Part shown: positions 1 to 9,310 of the stretch, piece after piece
Layout of the letters: each line of letters opens with the position of its first letter
How positions within the stretch are numbered: the stretch's first letter is position 1
Assembly (NCBI GenBank): GCA_963821525.1
Contig: CAWGED010000005.1
Span: forward strand, 640,001 to 704,000
DNA length: 64,000 nucleotides
Reading direction: 5' to 3'
Source of the DNA: an uncultured Gemmatimonadales bacterium
Lineage (GTDB): Bacteria > Gemmatimonadota > Gemmatimonadetes > Gemmatimonadales > GWC2-71-9
Notes under the pieces: generated by a model
Databases searched by the model: none
What the model was told of the DNA's origin: nothing
Seen by the model: the letters and a program-made list of their open reading frames with translations, nothing else
Program-made: the position numbers and the translations under genes

Positions 1-1470
1 GAGGAGATCCAGGTGGTCCAGACCACCAAGCCGTTCACGGCGCTCAAGGCGAACTCCTACCTGGGAGGTGCCGCGGCGCAGCACACGTTCCCCGCGGGGA
101 GTTATGTGGTCGATCTCGCTCAACCCGAGGCGCGTCTCGCCACCAGCATCCTCGAGCCCAAGGCCGTGTTCGATTCCGGTTTCGTCCGGAAGGAGCTGGA
201 CAAGTACGATCGTAACCAGGTGCGCGGACGCCGGGCCGGCAGCGAGGGCTACGACTTCTACGACATTACCGCCTGGTCACTGCCACTCACGCTGGGCCTC
301 GACGCCTGGTGGACCGAGGACACGCCTTCGATCGCCGGCGATACGGTCACGGTTGACGGCAAGTTGCCCGAGGTTGCCGCCCCGCTCAGGGCCCAGTCGG
401 CATACGTGTTCACCGACGAGGCACAGGCCGGAACCAGCCTCGCCTACCGGCTGCTCGATGAAGGATTCCGGGTCGGCGTGGCCTCGCAGCAGCTGAGAGC
501 CGACGGCAAGGCTTATCCGCGCGGGACATTCGTCGTTCGGGTCCAGCGCAATCCGGCCTCGGTGCACGAGCGGATCGCTGCCCTGTCCCGGGAGCTCGGC
601 GTGCCGGTTACCGCCGTCGGCTCGGCGTTCCCCGACAGCGGCGATGCCGGTGTCGGCAGCGAGAGCGTCGAGGCGCTGAATCGCCCGAAGATCCTGCTCG
701 CCGCCGGAGACGGCATCGATCAGACCGCCTTCGGTGCCGTCTGGTTCTATCTCGAGAAGGAAGTCGGCATGCGGGTCGTGCCGGTCAATCTCTCCAGCCT
801 CCGCCGGATCAACCTGGCCGACTATAACTGCCTCATCCTGGCCGGGGGCGACGGCGACGACCAGTGGAACGAGTTGGGCAGCGAAGGCGGCGAGAAGCTC
901 AAGGCGTGGGTCGAATCCGGTGCGGCGGTGATTGCGATCGGAGACGCGGCGACCCTCCTCTCCCGGAAAGAACTCAAGCTGACCGGACTTCGAATCGTGG
1001 GCGAGGAGGATTCGACCGCCAAGGTCGCGAAGGACACGACCGCGAAGGACACGCTGGTGAGCGAGCGGGCCAAGCCGGCGCCGCCTCTGGTCTCTCCCAG
1101 CGCTGCCGCTGGAAGCCGGCCCGAGTTCATTCCCGGCGCCATCTTCCGCGCGACCCTCGACCGCACCCACTGGCTCACCTACGGCTACGAGCGAGATCAG
1201 TTGCCGGTCTTCATCGAGTCGAGTCGCTTGCTCAAGCCTTCCGAGCGCGGCGCCAATCCGGTGGTGTTCGTCGGGAAGGACCTGACACTCGCCGGCTTCA
1301 CCTGGCCCGACAACACCGAGAAGTATCTCAGGAACGCGGTGTGGGCCACGGTGGAGAACTCGGGCAGCGGGCGAGTCATCGTGTTCGCGGACAATCCGGT
1401 CTACCGCGGATTCTGGCGCGGAACGGCGAAGCTCCTGACTAACGCGATTCTGCTGGGACCGCAGCGCTGA
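1..1470 (+). CDS. C-terminal part of an M14-like zinc carboxypeptidase with a C-terminal class I glutamine amidotransferase-like domain (5' end outside window)
   Basis: Frame open from the window edge; FYDITAWSLPL and G-GRVIVFADNPVYRGFW segments typical of large bacterial M14 proteins; catalytic domain not in window. Confidence 0.7.
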   Translation, partial: EEIQVVQTTKPFTALKANSYLGGAAAQHTFPAGSYVVDLAQPEARLATSILEPKAVFDSGFVRKELDKYDRNQVRGRRAGSEGYDFYDITAWSLPLTLGLDAWWTEDTPSIAGDTVTVDGKLPEVAAPLRAQSAYVFTDEAQAGTSLAYRLLDEGFRVGVASQQLRADGKAYPRGTFVVRVQRNPASVHERIAALSRELGVPVTAVGSAFPDSGDAGVGSESVEALNRPKILLAAGDGIDQTAFGAVWFYLEKEVGMRVVPVNLSSLRRINLADYNCLILAGGDGDDQWNELGSEGGEKLKAWVESGAAVIAIGDAATLLSRKELKLTGLRIVGEEDSTAKVAKDTTAKDTLVSERAKPAPPLVSPSAAAGSRPEFIPGAIFRATLDRTHWLTYGYERDQLPVFIESSRLLKPSERGANPVVFVGKDLTLAGFTWPDNTEKYLRNAVWATVENSGSGRVIVFADNPVYRGFWRGTAKLLTNAILLGPQR

Positions 1471-1475
1471 ATCTC

Positions 1476-2354
1476 GTGATCCTGGCCGCCGGCGCCGGAA
1501 GCCGGTATGGTGGCGCCAAGCAGCTGGAAGCGGTTGGCCCGGGTGGTGCGACCCTGATGGAGTATTCCATCTACGACGCCATCCGGGCTTCGGTTGAGTG
1601 CCTGATCTTCGTGGTTCGGCCCGGAACCGATCCGGGTCTGCTCGACCGCTGGTCCCGCAGATATTCCCCTCACGCCGAAGTGAAGTTCGCCTTTCAGGGC
1701 GACGACGTTCCCTCACCCGGGGCGCCGCGAAACCGTCCCTGGGGAACGGTCCATGCGTTGCTCAGCGCTCGAACAGCGGTCACGGGACCGTTCGTCGTGC
1801 TCAACGCCGACGATTTCTACGGCCGCGACGCACTGGAGGTGGCTTTCGGATTTCTTGGCCCGCTCACTGGCGATACCCCCCGGTGGGCAGTGCTTGGCTA
1901 TCGGCTGGAAAACACGGTGAGTAGTACGCTGGGCGTGAACCGCGCGTTGCTGCGGATAAACGCGGGTGGGAGACTTCGCTCAATCGCCGAAGTGAGCCAG
2001 CTCCGTCCGGGAGCGGAGGGCAAGTTCATCGGGCTCCTGTCCGGCTCGATCCGGGAATTTTCCGGCGATCTCCTGGTCTCGATGAACCTCTGGGCCTTCA
2101 CCCCCGCGATCTTCCCCTTGCTGGAACAGACTTTCGCGGAATTCGTCGCCTCGAGCCCGGGCCCTGACCAGGAATTGGTGCTGCCCGAGGCAATTGATTC
2201 TCTGCTGCGCGCGGGCGGGATCGAGGTACAAGTCCTTCCCACCCGCGGTATCGGCTTCGGTCTCACCCATCCCGAGGACAAGCCTCAGGTCGCGGCCACA
2301 CTGCGCGGCCTGGTCCAGGCCGGCCATTACCCTCAGGCACTTTGGGAGGCCTGA
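1476..2354 (+). CDS. NTP-transferase (sugar-phosphate nucleotidyltransferase-like)
   Basis: ILAAGAGSRYGGAKQ, PWGT-HA, NADDFYG and VSMNLW motifs. Confidence 0.85.
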   Translation: MILAAGAGSRYGGAKQLEAVGPGGATLMEYSIYDAIRASVECLIFVVRPGTDPGLLDRWSRRYSPHAEVKFAFQGDDVPSPGAPRNRPWGTVHALLSARTAVTGPFVVLNADDFYGRDALEVAFGFLGPLTGDTPRWAVLGYRLENTVSSTLGVNRALLRINAGGRLRSIAEVSQLRPGAEGKFIGLLSGSIREFSGDLLVSMNLWAFTPAIFPLLEQTFAEFVASSPGPDQELVLPEAIDSLLRAGGIEVQVLPTRGIGFGLTHPEDKPQVAATLRGLVQAGHYPQALWEA

Positions 2355-4121
2355 GGAACTCGCCACATCCCAGGCACTACCCGCCATAGCCCGATTCCGC
2401 TTACCACGAAAATCACCAGCCAGAACAGAGCCGAGAGTGCTGCGGCCGTAGAGAAAACTCCCGGTACCGAACAGCGCCGAGTAGACAAAGGCGACTCCCA
2501 GCACCCAGCCCAGCAGCGCCTGCGGCAGGCTGTCGGGGGAGGGGCCCACCCCGGCTTCCGCGCGCACCTCGTTCCATCCCGGGCCGGCGGGCCGGACCAG
2601 ACGATAGAAGTCGAGCAACCGGCGTCGCTCGGTTGGCTCGGTCAGAAACGTGGTCGCGATCCAGACGACCGTCGTAATCGCGACGCTTAGCAGCAGCATG
2701 ATGTGGGATGGACCGGATGGCCGGCTCGGCCCAGGAAGTGGAATCCGATCGCGACCAGGAAGCTCGATACCATCGCCGCGATCTCGCTCCAGGCGTTCAC
2801 CCGCCACCAGAACCAGCGCAACAGATACATCAGGCCGGTGCCGGCGCCGATCGAGAGGATCAGGTCGAACGCATCCTTGGCGGTGCTCAGCGCGAGGTGC
2901 GTGAGCGCGGCGCAGACCATGAGCCCGCCGTGGTCAGCCGGCCCACCAGCACGTAGTGTCGCTCGTCCTTGTCGGGCCGCAGGAACCGGCGGTAGAAATC
3001 GTGCACCAGGTACGAAGTGCCCCAGTTGAGGTGGGTCTCGATGGTGGAGCGATACGCCGCGAGCGTTCCCGCCACGCACCAGGCCGAGGAACCCAGCCGG
3101 CAGGAAGCGCAGCATGGCGGGGTAGGCCATGTCGTGCCCGATGAGCTTCGGGTCCACGTAGGGGAAGGCGCGTCGCGATGTCGGAGAGCTGGGGATAGAC
3201 CAGGGTCGAGCACAGCGCCACGATGATCCAGGGCCAGGGGCGGAGCGCGTAGTGCATCACGTTGAAGAGCAGCGTGCCGGTCACCGCGTCCTTCTCGGTC
3301 TTGGCCGCCAGCATCCGCTGCGCGATGTAGCTGCCGCCGCCCGGCTCGGCGCCCGGGTACCAGACCGACCACCACTGCACCGTGATCGGCATGATGAAGA
3401 CCGTGAGCGCCGCTGCCCCAGTCGCCGAAGTCGGGGAGGAGGATGCAGCGTGTCGGCAGGGACCTTGGCCGAAGAGACCGGCTCAGCCCGCCCACCTCCG
3501 GGCGTTGCAGCGCGAAGTAGGCGGCCGCGAATCGTCCCGGTCATCGTGATCGTGAACTGGATCGAATCGGTGACCAGCACGCCCCAAAGCCCGGAGACCG
3601 ACGCGAAGAAGATGGTGATGACGGAGCAGACGAGCAGCGTCCGCTCCATCGGCCAGCCGAGGACCACGTTCGCGATCTTGGCGGCGGCCAGGTTCACCGT
3701 CGCCATGATCACGCAATTGAAGAGGAGGCCGAGATAGATTGCGCGGAAGCCGCGGAGCAGCCGTGCCGGCCGGGCCGGAGTAGCGCAGCTCGTAGAACTC
3801 GAGGTCGGTGAGGACGCCGGAGCGCCGCCAGAGCCGGGCGTAGAAGAAGACCGTCATCATGCCGGTGAGCAGGAAGGACCACCAGACCCAGTTATCGGCC
3901 ACGCCGTGCTCCCGCACCAGGTTGGTGACGAGGTTCGGCGTGTCGGTGCTGAAGGTGGTCGCCACCATCGAGACGCCGACCAGCCACCACGGCGCCGCGC
4001 GACCGGAGGTGAAGAACTCGCCGGTACTCGAGCTGGCCCGCCGCCAGAAGAAGAGGGCCGGCAGGAAGGAGATGAGAATGGATGCCGCGACAATCGCCCA
4101 ATCGAGCGAAGTGAGCTGCAT
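2333..4121 (-). CDS. Sodium:solute symporter family protein (several indels; 3' end approximate)
   Basis: FFTSGR-APWW, SMVATTFSTDTP, GAEPGGGSYIAQRMLAAK and LRWFWWRVNAWSEI motifs spread over 3 frames. Confidence 0.85.
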
Positions 4122-4194
4122 GCAATGGCTCCGAGGGAGGCAGGCCGAACGTTAGAGAGGGCGGGGGAAAGACGGTAGGTGGGGAGACGGGACA

Positions 4195-4290
4195 GCGTGA
4201 GAAGTAAGAGGTGAGATGTGAGAAGGCGGAGTTGTCAGCGTCGCTCCGTCGTGCTCATCCTTCTCACTTCTCACTTCTTGCTTCTCACGC
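4195..4290. repeat. Hairpin of inverted heptamer arrays (GTGAGAA)4 / (TTCTCAC)4
   Basis: 32-nt arms 4195-4226 and 4259-4290 are reverse complements with 3 differences; 32-nt loop. Confidence 0.9.
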
Positions 4291-4313
4291 TTTTCCTGTC
4301 CCCCTCCCTCGGC

Positions 4314-4319
4314 TATATT
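4314..4319 (+). promoter_or_regulatory. Probable -10 element (TATATT) of ffs
   Basis: TATATT about 5 nt before the SRP RNA terminal stem. Confidence 0.55.
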
Positions 4320-4323
4320 GGGC

Positions 4324-4422
4324 TGCCCCAGGTCCGAAGGGCGCTGGCGCGCGAACCGCGTCAGGACCTCGCCGGTAGCAGCGCTAAGCGATGTCCGGTG
4401 TCGCTTCGGGGTGCCTGGGGCA
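4324..4422 (+). ncRNA. ffs: Small bacterial SRP RNA (4.5S)
   Basis: Terminal stem TGCCCCAGG/CCTGGGGCA; helix-8 signature GAACC..GTCAGG-ACC..GGT-AGCAGC; followed by a T-run; directly upstream of dnaX (common synteny). Confidence 0.85.
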
Positions 4423-4496
4423 TTTTTCTTTCTCTCCATCTCCCGTCTCCCGTCTCCCGTCTCACGTCCGTCCGCCCCTTCCCGTTATTCTTGCCC

Positions 4497-6194
4497 ATGG
4501 CACTGGCTCTCGCTCGAAGATACCGCCCCCGACGCTTCAGCGATCTGCTGGTTCAGGACCACGTCGCCGCCGCGCTGCGCGGCGCGGTGGTGAAGAACCG
4601 GGTCGGTCACGGCTACCTGCTGACCGGCCCGCGCGGGGTCGGGAAGACCACGGCCGCCCGCATCCTCGCGATGGCGCTCAACTGCGAGCGGAAGGGCACG
4701 GCGAAGCCGCGAGGGCGAGCCCTGCGGCGAGTGCGAGAGCTGCCTCCGGATCTGGAACGGCTCCGCCAATCTCGACGTGGTGGAGATCGACGCGGCGAGC
4801 AACCGCGGGGTGGACGACGCGCGGGATCTCCGGGAGCGGGCGATGTATGCCGCCTCCCAGGCGGGGCACCACAAGGTCTACATCGTGGACGAAGCCCACA
4901 TGCTCACCCGCGAGGCGTGGAACGCGCTGCTCAAGATCCTGGAGGAGCCGCCGCCGGGCGTGGTGTTCGTCTTCGCCACGACCGAGCCGCCAGAAGATCG
5001 CGCAACAGGCGGCGCCGGTGCTCTCGCGACTGCAGCGATTCGATTTCCGGCGGATCGGTCCCGCGGCGATCCGCGAGCGGCTCCGCGCCGGTTCTCGCCG
5101 CCGAGAAGATCGCAGGCCGACGAGGACGCCCTTACCCTGATCGCCCGTCAGGCCGACGGCGGCATGCGGGACGCGCTCTCCGTGCTCGATCAGTGCCTGA
5201 GCTTCGGCGAAGGCGCCATTACCGCCGCGCGGGTCCGCGAGGTTCTGGGCCTGGTGACCGACGAGGCCTACGCCGACTTGCTCGCGTTGATCGCCGCTCG
5301 AAATCCCGCCGGCGTTTTCCCGCTGGTCGATCGCCTGGCCGACGGCGGGGCCGACCTCATCGAGTTCATGGGTGGGGCCGCGGAAGTGCTTCGTGCGGTG
5401 CTCCTGACCCAGCTGGGCGGGCGATCCGGAGGGGATCACCGAGGGCATGCGGCACGCGGTGCACAGCGGTGCGCGATCGGCTCCCCGCCGGAGACTGCTC
5501 CGGATGCTGAGGCTGTTCGCCGAGATCGAGCCGTCACTCGCTCGGAGCGGAACTCCGCGGCTCGTCGTGGAGACGGTGCTGCTTCGCTGGGCGCTGATGG
5601 ATCGGACGGTGGAGCTGGAGGCAGTACTCGGTGGCGGACAGGGCGATCGGGGCGGACAGGGCGATCGAGGCGGACAGGCGTCGGGCGGACGCGCAGCAAG
5701 CGCGGACGCCGAAGTCCGGCCTCAGCGCGACCGCGGTCGCTCGTCGCGCCGCCCGCCCGTCCGCCCCGTCCGCCTCGTCCGTCGCCGATCGCCCTGTCAG
5801 ATCTCTCCGCCGAATTCACCCTCGCCGGTCTCACCGACGCCTGGCCTCACCTCATGGCTGCCGCACGGCAGCAGAGCCGCTTTCTCGGCGAGGCGCTCGC
5901 CACGGCGACGATCACCGAGGTGGCACCTCCGGTGGTCTGGTTGGCGGCCGAGGGCAATCCGACGCTCGCCGAAGGGCTGCAGCACCAGTTGAAGGCCGTT
6001 GAAGGGTTGATTGGCAAGCTGCGTCGGGGCTTCCGTGCAGGTCCGTATGGCGGCCGAAAAAGAGACGGTCGAGCCCCGCGCAAAGCGCCTGCTCGGAGGG
6101 GCAGGCCAGGGCAGAACGGCTCCGGATCCTGCGGACCAAGGACCCTACCCTCGAAGCCGCCGCCGAGGGCTTAGATTTGGAGGCCCTCGAATAA
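4497..6194 (+). CDS. dnaX: DNA polymerase III subunit gamma/tau (indels)
   Basis: LARRYRPRRF, GPRGVGKTT, EIDAASNRGVDD, IVDEAHML, LLKILEEPP, GGMRDALS motifs; C-terminus DPTLEAAAEGLDLEALE*. Confidence 0.95.
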
Positions 6195-6269
6195 CCGGAG
6201 GGCTCCGGCGGGTTGCGGGGCGGTGGGGGGGACCCGTACTTTCCTCAAGCGTTGCAGGGACTTAGCGTA

Positions 6270-6578
6270 ATGGCCGATTTTCAGCAGCTTCTCCAGCTGG
6301 GCCAGCAGGTGCAGGGCCGGCTGCAGCAATTGCAACGGGATCTGGCGGATCAGACGATCGAAGTCCAGGTCGGTGGTGGGATGGTCCGGGTCACGCTGGA
6401 TGGGCGAGGCACCATCCGGGGCCTGACGATCGATCGCGCCGCGTTCGAAGGACGGGACGAGGAGCTGCTGGCCGACCTCATCCTGTCTGCCATCGCCGAG
6501 GGCCAACGCCGGGCAGCAGAGTCGCTCCAGGCCGAGATGCGGAAGATGCCGTCGCTTCCGCTGTCTCTGCCGCTCTGA
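6270..6578 (+). CDS. ybaB: YbaB/EbfC nucleoid-associated protein
   Basis: GGGMVRVTLDG and D-ELLADLILSA motifs; between dnaX and recR. Confidence 0.9.
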   Translation: MADFQQLLQLGQQVQGRLQQLQRDLADQTIEVQVGGGMVRVTLDGRGTIRGLTIDRAAFEGRDEELLADLILSAIAEGQRRAAESLQAEMRKMPSLPLSLPL

Positions 6579-6581
6579 GCC

Positions 6582-7172
6582 GTGAGCGCCGTCGACGATC
6601 TCATAACCGAATTCGCGAAGCTACCAGGCATCGGGAGAAAAACCGCCCAGCGCCTGACCTTTCACCTGCTGCAGCAGCCGGCGGAGCGCTTGACTCGACT
6701 GGCCGCGGCACTGGTGGGGGTCGCGGAACGGGTGCGGCCCTGTACCGAGTGCGGCAATCTCGCCGAGGAAGAGCTTTGCGAGATCTGCCGCGATCCGCGC
6801 CGGGATGCCGGTACCCTCTGTGTCGTGGAGGAGCCGTCGGCGGTCGCGGTGGTGGAGCGGGCCGGTGAATTTCGGGGCCGCTACCACGTCCTGGGCGGCC
6901 ATCTCGATCCTCTGGCAGGGGTGGGGCCCGAATCGCTGCGGATCGACCTCCTCCTCCGGCGGGTTTCCGGGGGTCAGGTGCGGGAAGTGATTCTGGCGAC
7001 CAACCCCTCGATGGAGGGTGAAGTCACCGCCACGTACGTCCAGCAGCTGCTCGAAGGCCAGCCCGTCCGGGTGACTCGGCTGGCCCGCGGTTTGCCGATG
7101 GGGGGCGATTTGGAGTACGTGGACGGCGTCACCCTGGCCCACGCTCTGATCGCACGACAGGAAGTGCGGTAA
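6582..7172 (+). CDS. recR: Recombination mediator RecR
   Basis: LPGIGRKTAQRL HhH, C4 zinc finger, EVILATNPSMEG Toprim, RLARGLPMGG. Confidence 0.97.
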   Translation: MSAVDDLITEFAKLPGIGRKTAQRLTFHLLQQPAERLTRLAAALVGVAERVRPCTECGNLAEEELCEICRDPRRDAGTLCVVEEPSAVAVVERAGEFRGRYHVLGGHLDPLAGVGPESLRIDLLLRRVSGGQVREVILATNPSMEGEVTATYVQQLLEGQPVRVTRLARGLPMGGDLEYVDGVTLAHALIARQEVR

Positions 7173-7441
7173 TGCGGGCCCGGGCACTCGCGGTGGCGCT
7201 GGGAGTCGCCGGGGGCGCGGCCATGGGATGGCTGCTGGCCCAACGGCACATGCGGGAACACCAGGAAGATCTGTTCAGTCCGCGGCCGCTGCGCCGCCAC
7301 GCGGCGCTGGGGCACCTGGCCGCCAGCGAAGGCGTCGAGACTGTTCGCCTGCTGCGGGATTATCTGGAGTGGGAATCGCAGCCCATGCTTCGCCGCCGGG
7401 CGGAAGGAATTCTCCGCCGGCTCGAAGCCGCCCTCGGGTAA
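7172..7441 (+). CDS. Small membrane-anchored protein with a HEAT-like helical pair
   Basis: N-terminal TM helix; LFSPRPLRRHAALGHL; start overlaps the recR stop (TAATG). Confidence 0.7.
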   Translation: MRARALAVALGVAGGAAMGWLLAQRHMREHQEDLFSPRPLRRHAALGHLAASEGVETVRLLRDYLEWESQPMLRRRAEGILRRLEAALG

Positions 7442-7455
7442 CCACAGGGGAATCG

Positions 7456-7947
7456 ATGTCCGGAGCTTCCAGCTGGTCATTCCGGGAAGAGGACTCGACC
7501 CGCATCCACGGGTTGCTGGGCCAATTCCTCCGGGAATCCAACGCGCGCACGGCGATGATCGTCGATCGCGCGGGCCAGATGGTGGCCGTGGTCGGCGAGG
7601 AGCCGGTCTTCGACCCCACCGCTTTCGCCTCCCTTACCGCGGCCGATTTCAGCGCCAACGATCAGCTGGCCCGGATGATCGGCGAGCCCGAGTTCGGCGC
7701 GCTGTTCCACCAGGGCGAGAAGGAATCGATGTACCTCGCCGACATCGCGCGGCGAGTCATCCTCGTGGTGCTGTTCGACAACCGGACGACGCTCGGGCTG
7801 GTCAAGCTCCGGGTGAAGCAGACCGTCCTGGACCTCACCCAGGTCTTCCACGAAATGTTCACACGGGGCACCGCGTCCACCAGCCAGGTGGAAACGGCGT
7901 TCCTCGGCGAGGCGGAAGATGAGATTGACAAGCTCTTCGGGGCGTGA
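7456..7947 (+). CDS. mglB: Roadblock/LC7 protein, MglB-like GAP
   Basis: AFASLTAADFSA..LARMIGE-EF..LFHQGE, FDNRTTLGLVKLR, EIDKLF; upstream of mglA. Confidence 0.9.
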   Translation: MSGASSWSFREEDSTRIHGLLGQFLRESNARTAMIVDRAGQMVAVVGEEPVFDPTAFASLTAADFSANDQLARMIGEPEFGALFHQGEKESMYLADIARRVILVVLFDNRTTLGLVKLRVKQTVLDLTQVFHEMFTRGTASTSQVETAFLGEAEDEIDKLFGA

Positions 7948-7963
7948 GGCGGAGTATTAGCGC

Positions 7964-8638
7964 ATGTCGATGATCAACTACGCGTCCCGCGAGATCAACT
8001 GCAAGCTGGTCTACTACGGGCCCGGCCTCGGCGGCAAGACGACGAATCTCGAGTACGTCTACAACAAGGTCTCGCCCAATTCCCGCGGCAAGCTGATCTC
8101 CCTCGCCACCGAAACCGAGCGGACCCTGTTCTTCGACTTCCTCCCCGTGGACCTGGGCACCATCCGCGGGTTCAAGACCCGCTTCCACCTCTACACCGTT
8201 CCGGGCCAGGTCTACTACAACGCGTCCCGCAAGCTGATCCTCAAGGGCGTGGACGGGGTGGTATTCGTGGCCGACAGCCAGATCGAGCGGATGGAAGCCA
8301 ACATCGAGTCGATGCAGAACCTGTACGACAACATGGCGCAGCACGGCTATAACTTGACGACGATCCCGTTCGTGGTCCAGTACAACAAGCGGGATCTCCC
8401 CAACGCGGCGACCATCGGCGAGCTGCAGGCGGCGCTGAATCCGGGCTGGCCGGTCGAGGATCCCGCCAGGCAACGCGCCGCCGCGGACCCGTACCACGAG
8501 GGTCAGCACCTGGTGGAGCTGGTGGATGGACAATGGATCGAACGGGCGCCGTACTTTGAAGCGGTCGCCATGAACGGCGACGGCGTCTTCGACACCCTCA
8601 AGGCGGTCAGCAAGTTGGTGCTCAAGACCCTGGGGTAA
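7964..8638 (+). CDS. mglA: Small GTPase MglA
   Basis: [50 protein letters not shown]. Confidence 0.95.
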   Translation: MSMINYASREINCKLVYYGPGLGGKTTNLEYVYNKVSPNSRGKLISLATETERTLFFDFLPVDLGTIRGFKTRFHLYTVPGQVYYNASRKLILKGVDGVVFVADSQIERMEANIESMQNLYDNMAQHGYNLTTIPFVVQYNKRDLPNAATIGELQAALNPGWPVEDPARQRAAADPYHEGQHLVELVDGQWIERAPYFEAVAMNGDGVFDTLKAVSKLVLKTLG

Positions 8639-8648
8639 GTGGCCCGAC

Positions 8649-9284
8649 ATGTGGAACCCTCCCCAACATCCTCACCCTGGTCCGGATCGGGCTCACCCCG
8701 GTCATCGCACTCCTGCCGTTCATCGATGGTTACTGGCCCAAGCTGATCTGCTTCACGATTTTCATCTTCGCCGCCGTCACCGACGTCATCGACGGCTATC
8801 TCGCCCGCAGCCGCAACCATGGTCACCGACCTGGGCAAGCTGCTGGATCCGATCGCCGACAAGCTGCTGCTCTTCGCGACCCTCATCCCGATCTACTGGA
8901 TCTCCCGCACCCGGCATGACCTGTACGACATCCCGGTCTGGGGCAGCATCCCGCTCTGGGTCTGCGTGCTGCTGATCGGCCGCGAGATCGCGATGACCGG
9001 GTTCCGCTGGTGGGCCAAGCGGCAGGGCGTCGTGATTCCCGCCGGCACCGCCGGGAAGCTCAAGGCCACGATCCAGAACATCTTCATCGGCGCCACGTTT
9101 CTCTGGTTCACCTTCCGCGACGCGCGCAAGCCGATGGGTTGGGAACACAACCGGATCGCCGAGTACTGGAACGAATTCCACGGTGGCGTAGTGGCTCTCA
9201 CGCTGGCTCTCGCCACGCGTGCTGACCATCTATTCGTTCGTGGACTACATGTTCCAGTACCGGACCCTGTTCAAGAGCCGTTAG
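8649..9284 (+). CDS. pgsA: CDP-alcohol phosphatidyltransferase (PgsA-like; indels)
   Basis: LPNILTLVRI, TDVIDGYLAR..VTDLGKLLDPIADK. Confidence 0.85.
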
Positions 9285-9310
9285 CCATCAGCCCTCAGCC
9301 GTCGGCGATC

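Noticed and set aside
4497..6194. Frame changes in dnaX as programmed ribosomal frameshifting
   Set aside because: There are several shifts, including within the AAA+ core, and no slippery heptamer; similar indels occur in many genes, consistent with long-read error
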